Shown here: in pieces, positions 13,401 through 27,359 of the stretch
Layout of the letters: each line of letters begins with the position of its first letter
Numbering within the stretch: position 1 is the first letter of the stretch
From: Eremomyces bilateralis CBS 781.70
Lineage: Eukaryota
DNA length: 64,000 bases
Reading direction: 5' to 3' (one strand)
NCBI GenBank assembly: GCA_010015585.1
Contig: ML975188.1
Translations under genes and position numbers: made by a program
The notes under the pieces: generated by a model
What the model was told of the DNA's origin: nothing
Database searches by the model: none
What the model saw: the letters and a program-made list of their open reading frames with translations, nothing else

Positions 13401-15872
13401 GATCCGTTTTTTTCAGCTCTTCGAGCGCCGTCTTCGGGTCAAAGTTGTGTCTGTACAACGTCTGCGTCGCGCGATCAAGCCAGTCGGTGCTCCAAGTGGG
13501 GATTTTCATGCTCTGAGCGATTCCCTTAGCCTGCGTCATGAATTCATCCAGGATCTCTTCCGGCGCAATGGGCTTATCGTCCATCCCTCGCTCAGATAAC
13601 TCGCCAGGCTCGGGAAGTCGGAAAAGCAACTTCGCGGTATTGTTCGGGTCGTCGTTCGGATGATCATCTCCACGCTTGACGTATCCCGGCGGTTCGTCCT
13701 GAACCCATTCTGGGCGGTTCGCCCGTTTCGCTCGCTCCTCTTCGAGGGCAGCGAGGGTTTCCTTGGACAATTTCGAGTCCTTCTTGTGGCTTGAGCTCTT
13801 CAGGTATTTTTTCTTGATTTCGAGTGGCTTGACGAGCTCAACCGGCCGCCCGAACCAAGGCTGCACGACGGCTTGATGTCGCGGACCGATACGTGAACTC
13901 GCTCGAGGATAGATCGTCCGGTCGTCGTACTGCAACGCGTCCTCAACACGACAATGGATCCCAAGATATCGCATCGGCCACATTTTTGCGAGTTCGATTT
14001 CTGATTGGGTCACCGGGTGAAGCTCATCCACCTTGGCCTCGCTTGGCGTTTGCGCAGTCGTCGGAGGAAGCTCGGTGTCGTCCTCTTCTTCGATATACTC
14101 TTCCTCTTCCGCCTCAGGAGCTTCTGTAATGAGCGGGGTTCGCCGGGCCTCCAATTTCTTCTCTTGTGCGCGGTTGCATGGACCGCATGCCCACGCAAAC
14201 CCACGAGACGGCTTTTTCAGCAGCGGAGGTCGAACGCAGTACATGTGATAAGTATTGTGGCACTCGGCGCACTCAACGGAGTCATTCCTTCGCATGTGTT
14301 AGATCTCTGCAGAAGTATTCCGCATTTGTAGGACTTACGTAGGGCAATACTGAACGCATCTCTTGCACGTCTTCACGGCGCTCGTGAATTCCTTGACCTT
14401 CGCCGCCTCAACCACGATATATTTCCACCGTTCATCCAGCACTTTCTTGACATGTTCGGGGACATTGATTACCTGGGATGTCGGAATCGCTTCATACCAC
14501 CGGATGATGAACCGGTCGAAGACCTGATTGAACCAGAACGAATCCTTTTGCTTGCGGTATTCGTCCAGGTCCTCGATTTCCGCGCGATGTAGAACCCGAC
14601 ATTTGCCCCGAAGAGTGGAGATGGGCGAGATATCCGAGTGCATGGTCGCGTAGACGAGGCGGGAGTCGTTGTTGAAGCGCTGTACGTCTCGGGGACGGTA
14701 GACCCAGTTGACGCGGAGAGAATCGACGGGTGAGTTCGGGTCGTCGAGGTTGCTGAGGCGGAACTCCATGATGCGGCCGATATAGTAAGGTTCGCCCGGT
14801 GGCTCGGAGACGAGGTAGATGTGATCTGAGTACGTTAGCCATGCTCGAGGACCGTGGATGTGTCGCGTGCGGATCATGGCACAAAGCCCGATCACTAGGG
14901 TACGAAAAACTCACCATTGGGAGCAAAGACAGTGCCGTCATCTGCCGTCAACTTCCCATCCACCATCTTCGCCTTTGTCTTCTCAAACGAGTACATATTG
15001 GTCGGTCGAACCGGTGCGACGGGAGTGGCACGCGCTGAAGGGGTGGGCGTCGCGGACGCAGCGTGTTGAGCGGCCTTCCTGGTAGCAGCAGGCGCTTTCG
15101 TCCCAGCACTCGCAGGGCCCGTTCCGTTTGTCGGCTGCTGCGATCCATTGGTCTTCCGCTTCTTCCCCGTCTGGTTCCCCGCCGCGGAATGGGCGTGAGA
15201 ATTCGTAGGGACCGGCGTGACGTTGGCGGTGGAATCATCGTTGCGGGAACCGGCGGCCGGGGGCGATGGTGAGCGGCGTCGTTTGCCGGTGCTGGAGCGC
15301 GTCGAATTCACCGTGCTCCATGCGCCGTTCTTCTTCGCTCCCGGTTGTTGGTCTTTGGGAGAGGGACTGCGCGTGGTGATGCCGGAAGGAGGGGCGAGTT
15401 TTGCTTCGGCAGCAGCGTTCGCGGCTCCATCGAAGTCGTATTCGACATCCTCCGCGTAATTGGGGCGGGATCCTGGGCGGTTCCGCGAACGAGTGCCATA
15501 GGGTGCAGCGGCGGACGCGGATGTCGCGTCTTTGGCTGAAAGGTTTGAGGTTTGTGAAGAATTGGACGCGGTTAGCACCATCGGTTGGGATTGCAGTGCA
15601 TCCTCGATCTTTTGTGAGAGCGTGCCTGGCTTTGCAAGTGCGGTTGATGAGGGTTGCGGATCCGGCGTTCCAGCTGATGGGGGAGTGTCATCAGGTTTTG
15701 CGGTGGTAGATGCGGTGGTAGATGCGGTGGTAGATGCAGATGAATTCTTGCTCCCTCGCGTGGTGACGGGATCGGTGGGACGGGAAGGCTCCATGATGGG
15801 GTGATTCGTGGAAGACAAAGTAGTTAGGGAGATTTTGGAGGTTGCAGCTCCGTCATCATCTGCGTCCCCCAT
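10409..15872 (-). CDS. SNT2: SNT2 chromatin regulator (BAH, PHD fingers, ELM2/SANT); exons about 15872-14915, 14825-14339, 14287-12391, 12340-10409
   Basis: BAH domain (DHIYLVSEPPGEPYYIGRIMEF...RVNWVYRPRD), PHD motifs (CAECHNTYHMYCVRPPL...WACGPC; CTVC...CAHCRLHVHRNCYG; WVHVKCAVW), SANT-like region. Four ORFs join in frame through GT-AG introns. Confidence 0.93.
15700..15737 (-). repeat. 12-bp coding tandem repeat (x3) encoding STTA in SNT2 exon 1
   Basis: GCGGTGGTAGAT three times on the + strand. Confidence 0.8.
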
Positions 15873-18800
15873 TTATCGGCAGGAAAAGTGCACGACAAAT
15901 TGGAGGAGCTGGGATGGTGGACAGTTTGGCTTCGAATGAGAAAACCCGACGGTGATGGGTTGGATGCAGGATGAAAGAGAGGAATGGAAAGGCTTGGATG
16001 GTGAAGGAAGAGGCGTCAAGCGGGATATTAGCGCCGCGCAGTGATCGCCAGGTCCTTGGAACCCACGAGACTTCCGGAAAGCTGGAGATGGGAGCGATGA
16101 GTGTGAGGGACGGTAGAGAAGCTATATCCTAGTGCAGGAAATGGTAAGGGTGGAGGTGGAAGTTACGGGATGAGGTGGATATGGGAGGAGAGAAAGTTGA
16201 TGGGAGAAGGGGAATGGATGTTAGAAGGGGAAAGAGGTGAAAAGGTGAAAAGAAGAGAGGAAGATGGGGAAGAAAGTGAGAAAGATGTCAGAGAGGAGAG
16301 GGAAGTGAAGAAGTGAGAGAGAGATGGTTGGATGGGGATGGTTAGTGGTTAGTGGATAGTGCAGGCGAGGGATCTGGATGGATACCGACTTGGATAGACA
16401 TGGGGGGACATGGATTGGGTTGTGCGTGGATGTCGGATTGCATGCTTGCGGGAGAGAGAAGTGAGTCTATGGGAAGATGGATAGGAAGTCAAGAAGGGGA
16501 ATGGATTATCCCTAACCTCGTCCCTCTTACATTAAATGTGATACAAGTATTGGCTCGAGAGTCAAGACAATCCAGCCTCAAGGGAAACCCAAGAAAAAGA
16601 CGACGATGATCGACAACTTGTGTGCCCTTTTTCCAGTGCAGTAACTAAGGCGCAGTAACTCTCCGTGACAGCCGCTGGAATGTGGGAACCAAACTTCTAC
16701 AGCCTTCTCTCTCGTCTTTGTTCAGAATCCTTCTAACTACTAGGGTATCATATAGACAATGTGGATAGGTTGGCTTCCCGAAGAAAATGAACTCCTGCAT
16801 ATTTAATACTATTTACATGTCCATGAAAAAAGTTCGCCTTGCCAGTCCTTGATCGGTTGTCACAATCTCCAGGCTCTACGGCAGCGTCGGGTTGCTGGCA
16901 ACATGAACTGGTCGATACATAAGGCGCTCCAAATTCTCGAACGTTCATTGGTCAGAATAGCCATGCGCAAGTGGAATTTTCACTTTTCAAGCCAGCCAAA
17001 GCCGCGGTCATTTCTTTCGTGTTGCCCAATCGCCGAGCAACTCCCATTTCATATGGGCGACCCTGGTGTCGGATACAGCGTTCCTGTCTCACCCCTCGAT
17101 GGATCACTTCCCCGGCTTTCTTCGTGCTGGGAAACGCGGCTTCCGCGGCGGTGATGCACGTCATTCCCCGAGTGGAATGGGTGGCGGATGGGGATGGGGG
17201 ATGGAATGGCTGGGTTCATCATCAGTACTCGACGGACATACTAAAAATATCGAACTCCATTGCACGCTGGATTTCCCTCTGAGCAGTAGATGGATCAATG
17301 GGATGAGATGTGGTCCCTGGGTGAGGTGAGTGACGGGGAGGTCGAGATGGTCGTGAAATCTGGCTTCGGGATTGCAGGGATGTCCGTCATGGGTCGCCCG
17401 CCTTGGCTGACTAACGATCCACTTTCTTCAACCTCACTTCGTCAGCTGTATCAAACCTTCGAGCACTCACCACTCTCCAATCTAGCCTCGACCGAATTTT
17501 ATTCCATCGGAGATGTCATCGAATATCTACCCCAGTTACCCAAAATCCTGGGTTGATGCAAAGGATGTGTCTTGAGACCGAGCCGTTTGGTAGCACCGTA
17601 CCGAAACATCACGATGGCGATCGTTGGGTCATTTACTCGGCCGCAACCAAGGACATGCCCACACTATTCCGGATGGTGTTATGCCTATGATTCGTGTTCG
17701 TACGAAACACCCGGTCGCACCTCATTTCTTCACCCTCTTGGGTTTAAGTTTGAGTTTCCCTCGAGGTTTACACACGATTATGGCGAATTTCTATTCGATT
17801 CCCAAAAAAGTCTTCTTTGCTCTGCAGTCTCCGCACTGTAGATTCGTCCACAGCCTCTGAGGTTGACCACGATCACTTGCCGCGGTCAGATACTGCGCAT
17901 GTTCCGCCTGCATCCTTTGACTTTCACCAATTTCACTTCGTGCCCGCAGAACTTATGTAGACCTGGAAATCCTAACCCCTCAATAGTGCAGCTTTCATTA
18001 TTTAACCGTCGTGATATTCTTCTCGATGTCCCCTTTACTTCTTTATACCTTACCCTGTTTATTTATATAGGTGAGTTCGATCGGGATGAAATAAGGTAGA
18101 TGGCGGACTTGGTGGTGAAATAGGACCGAGATGAATGAAACCGGGATACATCCCTAGGCGGCTGCCAGCGGTCCTATTGTCCATGGCGATATTGACGAAC
18201 CCCTCTCCTTTGCCCCATCATATATTATGTCAATCCTATTAGTATCAAACGGACGATATCAGCAGTTGGACATGTGCAAGCATACTCCGTACTCTCGAGA
18301 TATTATGTGGTCACCACGAAGGATTCCTCGGCGACCGGGTCGTTATGACGGGCATTCGCGCGCTCCACAGCGACTTTTCCAGCACCTCACATCGTCAAAC
18401 CGTCAAAAATCGAACATAGTCTAATACCACGACATTTTCAACATCGACAGATAATTTTTACACCCGTCGCATGCATTTCTGCTCCAACGTTGCAACATTC
18501 CTCAGAGCTCCCACCGCGAAAGAGAGAGCGGGGGGGGCCAGAATTGGTCCCCTCTCTCCACCTTCTCACAGCGCCTCGGAATGAATTCCAACCCATCCGA
18601 AAACCCAGCCGCCGCAAAACGAATCGCCTGCAGCACGAACCCGACGAAAATTCGTGGTGGTGACGGCGCGCACCAAATGGCCGCTCTGCGCCATCCAGGG
18701 CAAAGCATGAGATGAAGTTGCTCACCCGATAACCCGATGGACCGTTGACGGGCTGGGGCCTGGGGGGATTGGGCGACTGGGAAAGAGGGGAGGTAAAGTG

Positions 18801-19347
18801 GTGGGAGCGCAAGGCACAAGGCAGGTGCAGGCCGTGCAGGCCCTTCCGTTTCGTCCACGGCCAGTCGCGTGGTTCCAGTGGTGCGACGTGCGACGTGCTA
18901 CGGCCGCAGTGCGACAAGCGACCAATCTCGATGCTGTCCAACCGCCGAGGGGGGATTTCCACTGGCGCCTGCATGTTTGGTAATCTTCGATTGGGTGGCT
19001 GGGGGAGGTCAGGTGACTTATCAGGTGACTTGAATCGGCCACTTTGCATCATCACCGCACCCAAATCCATTCGGCAGCGGCTTGTCCCGGAAAAATGGAA
19101 AATTCAACCCTCGCTGTCGGCAGTCCCCTGTCTATCCCCCAGGCGGCCGCATGCGACAGCCGACAAGTTAAGGCCAGTGGCGACAGCCGACAGGATCTTC
19201 GTCCGCCTGCCCCACTTTGTTCCTGGAGTTGGGCACGTGACCCGCACCTGCCTTGATGCCCTGACATGGGACTAGTAAGATCACCCCGCTATCCTGCCTA
19301 CGCGGCCTCCTATCGTGACCTCTTCAATATGGTACGGCTTCGATGCG

Positions 19348-21225
19348 ATGACATTGTCTACCGATGCTGCTGCAAGCAACCACGAGACCACGCAGAATGT
19401 GCACGTCGACGACGTGCAAAGGGGCGAAACCGGGAGTAATCATGAGGAACGTCATGCTGCGGCGCGGGTTATCCAGGTAACGGAGACATACCCCATATGA
19501 TATGGGGTAGATAAGCTGACCATGAGGACGATGTTTAGCGCCACTACCGTGGATATCGCATGCGACGACGGATGAGTGGAATGGAACTGGATGCATCAAC
19601 AAGATGGATGGATGTTAGTATTTCCCCGCCTTCGCAACGATCTCCTCACTGACTGGTAACAAATAGGCTATCAATGAAGGTGCGCAACCCCGTTCTGGTT
19701 GAAATCCTGTAACCCGTTAAATGCTCATACTCTCTCTCTCTCAGCGCGCTACCGACGGGCCACCGCCCCCACATCCCGCGCCGAACGCGCCGACGAATGG
19801 GAAAAGCTCGGCCACACTGAATCCCACCGCGACAGCGACTTTGCCCAAGCCAACTGGAAGCGGGTGACGGAAGTAGCGAAACGCGCCGGCGAGGACGACC
19901 ACTCCCCCTCCTCTGACAGCGAGACCGATCTCGCGCATATGACGGCCTCGCAGCGCGACCAGCGGCGCCGCGCGCGGGCCCAAGCGCGACAGGAGCGCGA
20001 GAAGAACTCGAAGATGATGGACCTCCCGTACTTCCTCGAGATGGTGGACACGAAGCACCGATATGGGTCGAACTTGCGGGCGTACCACGAGGTATGGAAG
20101 AAAGCGGAGACGCGGGAGAACTTCTTCTACTGGTTGGATCACGGGGAGGGGCTGGCGGTCGAGGTGCCGACGGTGTCGCGGGTGCAGCTGGGGAAGGAGC
20201 AGGTGCGGTATCTGTCTCGGGAGGAGCGGATGAATTATCTGGTGAAGATCGATGAGGAGGGGAGGGTGAGGTGGGCGAAGATGGGAGAGCGGGTGTGGAC
20301 GACGGCGAATTGGAGGGATAGCTTGGGGGGGATTGTGTCGACGGAAGACAAGGTGTCGCCTATGTTTCAATCGTACGATGAGACACCGATAGGTGGTTCG
20401 AGGGCATCGACCTCGTCAGCCTCCTCCTCCGGTGGTTCAGCCATGTCTGGCCAAGGGGAACACTATACGAACGATGAGTTCTCGAAGACCAAGGGCTTGA
20501 CGAAATACACCAAAGTCTCCGCGGCGACCATTTTCAACCATCTTCTCCGGACCACCATCAAGCCCGGATCCTGGATATTCGTACGTCTCTCTATCCGAAA
20601 GAATGAACCGATCAGCTAATTTCCCTAGGTCGCGGATACGAGTTTCCGCCTCTACATCGGCCTCAAGCAATCCGGCTCCTTCCAACACTCCTCCTTCCTC
20701 CACGGCTCCCGCATCTCCGCTGCCGGCCTCATCAAAATCAAAGATGGCCAAATCCGCCGCCTCTCCCCCCTTTCGGGCCACTACCGCCCGCCGACCGCCA
20801 ACTTCCGCGCCTTCGTGCACTCGCTCCGGGACGCGGGCGCGGACATGTCGCGCGTCAGCATCTCTCGGTCGTACGCGGTGCTGGTGGGCCTCGAAGCGTA
20901 CGTGCGCACGCGACGGCAGCTGAAGCATGGGATCCAGCATCTGGAGGAGGGGGTGGTACGAGTGGTGCATCCTGAGGAGGCGCGGAAGCGGGAGGAGATG
21001 GGGAAGGATAAGAGCCGGAGCGCGGAAAAGGAGCGGGCGCATATAAGGCGGGAGGAGGAGAGGGAAGTGGAAAGGAGGAAGGAGAATAGTACGAGGTATC
21101 AGTTGGTGGAGAGGATTGCGAGTTTGGGGGTGGATGATGGGGTGGGAGTGGGGACAGGCAAGGATACCACTGAGGGCGACAGATCTTCAAACCCGAAGGG
21201 CAGAGAAGAATCACGGCATATATGA
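19348..21225 (+). CDS. IQ calmodulin-binding motif protein (IQM-like); exons 19348-19476, 19539-19613, 19667-19679, 19745-20580, 20629-21225
   Basis: Spliced IQ motif VIQ|RHYRGYRMRR; conserved IQM-type blocks YFLEMVDTKHRYGSNL, FFYWLDHGEG, WIF|VADTSFRLYIG, FQHSSFLHG...AAGLI...SGHYRP. All introns are GT-AG and keep frame. The start codon is less certain. Confidence 0.85.
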
Positions 21226-21348
21226 TACCTATAGAATTACATTTAATGCATGAAACGTTTGGAACCTTTAAAAGCACTTTGATCTGTGAATGAGGGACCA
21301 CAGCATACATGATCACATGATCTATGTCGTATATCTTCCATCACGTGA

Positions 21349-22757
<1,409 letters not shown>

Positions 22758-23894
22758 CCATTTACATCATCCGGCGTTCTGGTGCAGCATTTATCGGCGT
22801 TTAGGTCACGCATAGCGCTCAATTCAGAATGCAATAGACAGACCACTCAGTCTATCTGGGAGCATTCAAACAACTTCTAGTCTAGATTATAGCCTTAATT
22901 GGTTTATCAATTCCCACTCGCAATCGCATCTGATGTACTCTTGCATAATTGGGCCTGGACGCAAATAGGATCGGTCTCAAGATGTTGGTGGGGTGGAATG
23001 CCAAGATATTCCGACCTCTTAGGGGAAATCCCGCTGATTCCGCCACCTAATCATGTACTGTAACAAGTAACATCTCAGCGCCTCAGCGGAAGTCGAACTT
23101 CATCTGCTCCAGACATCAAGACTCGATGCGCTTCTCTCTGATTTTTCGCCAAAGGCTATGAGACGGACGCGTGTGAAAACCCAAACACTTGGTTCGAACG
23201 CCATCGTTCTCTTTTCCCGTACATGGTACTGCTTTATGGCCTGAAACCCCCTCTGTCTGGCAACGATACAACACCCAACATTGCACGTCTCACACCCGTA
23301 CATGGCGCATCACTATCCGCCCAACATGAGACCTCCCTATTACTACCGTCAAGGGAGATTTGTTAAAATCCGCCTTTGTTGTGATCGAACCGCATTGTGG
23401 GCCTTGTATCGTACCAATGTTTCGAGCCTCAGTCATGGTAACGGATAGGGGATGTCCTTCAATTCAACCTTTTCGCGCCTTCATATGTGCATGAGACTGT
23501 CTGTCTGTGACAATGATCACCTGAGGACATGATTCTCTCAGACCTGGCGCGAAACGCTTCGATATTTACCTATAGTAGCGTCCACCCAGGCGTGGCCTCG
23601 AACTTCTGGATGGAATTTTGGCACTTTATCGTTGCTTGTACATTCATTTCTGCGGACTGATATTCCTGATCGACTAAAGTCCCTTTCTACCAAACCGTTC
23701 TGTCTGTGTACTTATTATTAACAGTGAGGGGTCGAGGTGTCATCATATTGTTGACAAACCATTTCTTCCTAACCACTGATTGTCTGGTCGGGCCATATGG
23801 ATCGACCTAGGCTATAATTGCTCGCGGAGACTTGCCAACAGAGCAGGACTCTATTGTTCACTTCGTCGTCAGAGATTGTCTATATATCTTAATA

Positions 23895-25804
23895 ATGAGA
23901 TCGCTTCATATCTTGTTCATCGTTTCCGTCGCAGTGCTTTGCCTGCTGTACATTCCTTCGGTAGTATCAATCTTCCAGCTCCTCGAATTCAGTTATTCGC
24001 TAACAGTATCGTAGGCTTCTGCGACTCCTGACCTATTAGCACGTCACCAGAGACATGGCGAAGTATCGGAACCGCGGCGGAATGGTAAAGGTTCAAAAGG
24101 AAACGGGTACGTCCGGCGATAGTCTCTTCAGGAATGTTTACTGAAGCGCCTCTAGACAAGCAGAGGCTCAACGTGCCAACACGACAAAGTATGAGTTGAC
24201 GGACGCTACAGCCGAACTGCACCACTAATACATCGCTAGAAACGCGGGGAAAGGGGTTGAAAGAAATCGGAACAACGGCAAAGGAAAGGGTTCGAAGGGA
24301 GGGAAAGGGCGTGGAAGGGGTTCACGAGTAGGGAACCAGAGCGGCAATGTGAGCAGTCCTATATCTATTTCGATGCTCAAGTAATCTAACTTGGAATCTA
24401 GGCACATAACGCAACGCTCGTCGGAGGAGGGGGTGCCAGCGCAGCCACTTCGACCACTACACAGCTTGCTGAACAAACCGTAAGTTCTAGGCCCAATCAC
24501 GGCTTGGAATCTAACTAATGTCTCCTAGATTACTCAACAGGTCACTGAAAAGGTCACTGTGACCGAAGCTGTCCCTGCCGAATCCCAGACTGTGCCCGCT
24601 GCTGAGGGGACCGGCAACTTGACTGGCGAACACACTCCAGCTGCACCAGTAACTAATCCCATGAATATCACCGAAGATACTTGCTAACGACGTTCAGATA
24701 GCGCCTAACATCATTGCATCGAGCGCCGATAGTATCAATCATACCACGACCCTCTCGGCTGGCCCATCAGCTCTTCCAGGTCAAGACCAACATGTATCGC
24801 CATCTGCCGGGCTTGACCCCTCTTCTTTCGTATTTGCCCCGGGAAGTCCAGGAGCCGTCGCAGAAACGAGCGCGATACCTACGCACACCAGTCCAGCGGC
24901 CATTCTCCAAACGTCCTCCCATGCCGGAGCAGCACTTGAGCCACAAAGTCACGGGGTGCCCTTAGCAGTCGTGCCACTTCCCGGAGGACCCTCGACCGCA
25001 ATCGTCGGAGCACCCTCTGCTGTATTCACCTTCGCTTCTACGGGAGCAGGGGCTACGACTCATCCAGTCCAAGGAACACAGCAGGCGCAAGCGCAACCAG
25101 CACCTCCTACAATGCCTGAAGCACTTCCTCCCGCCTTTTCACTCGCGCCAGATGCCGCCGTGCCCAGCGCCCCAAGTTCTGCAGCTCCCGCTCCACCTCC
25201 AGCACAACCCGGCGGCGAAGTCTGCGCTTGCCAATGCACGTGCTCCGTCGACTCGTTCCAGGCGTCTCCACCTCCACCTCCCCCACCCGTGGCGGCCGCA
25301 GGCGGCCTAGTCCCGTCAACATTCGGGTCGACAGGCTCTCTGAGTGCGTCCACACTAGCAGCTCCGCCGCCTGTTTCGTTCGCTGTCGCTTCGTCTGCGT
25401 CGGCACCCACGGAGGGTCCGCTGGCGCCGCAGACTCCGTCAACCGCTTCGATACCACAGCCGACGGTAGGCGAGGCGGCGGGAACAGGCCCTCGCGTGGA
25501 TGGCGTTTCATCCATACCGCCGTCACCGGCTCCTTCGGAAGCAGCACCAACACCAGTGGTTTCTAGTCCCCCGGAAGCCGCATCGACTGTTAATCCAAAG
25601 GGCGCACCTGATGCCCTGACTGGGGAGATAGTGCCTCCAGGGACCGGGGTATCCTCCGGCGCAATACCATCTGGAGCGGGCGCACAATCCGCGATAGATC
25701 TAGCATTGACTCGGCTGCCATTCGATATCCAGTCGATCTCATTTGCAGATGTAGTGACGGTGCCGTTGCTAGGTAGAGGAGCGGTCCCGACCGGACCACC
25801 GTAG
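23895..25804 (+). CDS. Hypothetical secreted protein; exons 23895-23960, 24015-24106, 24156-24188, 24240-24348, 24402-24479, 24529-24648, 24698-25804
   Basis: Signal-peptide-like start MRSLHILFIVSVAVLCLLYIPS|ASA. Six short GT-AG introns with branch sites join into one frame continuous with ORF 24956..25804. Basic G/K/R/N-rich N-region, Pro/Ser/Thr/Ala-rich body, one CACQCTC motif. Confidence 0.72.
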
Positions 25805-26003
25805 GAATGGCTATATACGACCTGGAGTTGTTTCGCTTCTTTAGATATCAATTTCAAACGAACAATCACCTCAATGGCGAGCCAGATAGTTGCCATGAGA
25901 CACTGATTGTCGCTTTCCGCGACCGAGTCATTATCACAATAAGATATATACATGCTGGTCAAGACCACTCACATAATAGAGGGTATCTTTTTTTACAATC
26001 AAA

Positions 26004-27359
26004 TTATTTTCCAAGCTCCCCCAGCATTAACTTCTGATCCGAAGACCCAGACAGGACTATGCCACCCATACACGTTAGCTCTCCTTGAAATTCTGACGGA
26101 GTGGTCACGGATGACTTACCAATGGTCGACTCGCTAGGCGAGAACCTCACGTCATTCACCGCCCCCTTATGGCCCGGCAGCTTGTATAACAACTTCCCCG
26201 TCCCAACATCCCACACCACAACAGTCCGATCCCCCCCTCCAGCCACGATCCGCTTCCCTTCCTTATCCCAGCTCGCCCTAAACAAATTCTTATCCATCCC
26301 CGTCGGCGCGCCATCGTACATCTTCACCTGTCGATTCGCCGGCGCGAACGGCCGGATGTCCCAGGTGCGCACGGTCGAGTCGTGGGAGTTGGAGAGGAGA
26401 TGTTGGGAGTCGGGGGAGACTTGGAGGGAGGTGATGGTGTCGGTGTGCCCGAGGAGGGAATATGCGACGGATTGTTTTCGGAGGTCCCAGACGCGGATGT
26501 CGTTGTCGATGCTGCCGGAGTATATTTCGTTGCCTGCTTCGGACATTGCGACTGCGGTGATGGGGTAGTCGGTTTCGAGGTAGGCGACGGCTTCTTTTTG
26601 TCGAGGATCCCAGATCTGTGCGATGGTTAGTAGATGCATGTGGGTTGTAGCTGATCGTGAACTCGTACTGCGACGGAGCCGTCGTCCGATCCTGTCACTG
26701 CTATCTCTTCGCCCCGTTTGCTGAGATCCATACAGTTTATGACGTCCTCATGACCAACATGCCGACGTATCCTCTGTCCAGTCTCAACATCCCAGCTTGC
26801 GAGGGACATGTCGGCCGAAGCGGAAAAGAGTGTCCGGGTATCTCTGGACCAATGTAGGTCGAGGATAGCTCCCTTATGGCCTGTTAACTGCCCATAGTTC
26901 TCACAGTCGCCATATGTCCGCCATAGCACTAAACTCCATCAGCATACGCGCCCGTTAAGTTGGCATTCCACGTACGTATGTTTCGATCCATTGAACCCGA
27001 TGCGATGTAGTTTCCGGTCGGGTCGAACCGACATGCATAGACCTCACCACTGTGCCCTGACAGCTCCATGACCGGAGCCTGTAAGCCACTCGTCCGCGGT
27101 ACCTATATGATCAAGCCATAATCAGCATCATGTCGGGAAAAAGGTACGCCTTCACATTGGAGCTCCGTTCAAGCTCCCTACAGGAAGACGCATCTCTAGG
27201 TGCGATTGAGCTAACCGATTGGATGAGCGCGCCATTCTGTGCAGTACCATTCACGACGGCTATGGCGTTACTCGAATTGAGATTGGCATCAGATCTTTGT
27301 CGTTTAACCAGCTGGTGGGAGGAGAAGTTGTCGGGCGCTGAGCGCTTTTCGGAGGACAT
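26004..27359 (-). CDS. SNRNP40: U5 snRNP 40 kDa WD40 protein (SNRNP40/Spf38/Cwf17); exons 27359-27216, 27102-26976, 26928-26669, 26615-26120, 26056-26004
   Basis: PRTSGLQAPVMELSGHSGEV, LWRTYGDCENYG, WDIRPFAP, LLYKLPGHKG and C-terminal LMLGELGK, with repeated GH...WD units. Confidence 0.92.

Noticed and set aside
10556..13599. Long antisense and alternative-frame ORFs over SNT2 (likewise over DUS2, PSY4, SOM1 and the aldolase)
   Set aside because: These are shadow ORFs expected from GC-rich codon bias and carry no recognisable motifs.
18438..19275. 210-aa and 176-aa ORFs upstream of the IQ gene
   Set aside because: GC-rich promoter-like sequence with no domain features.
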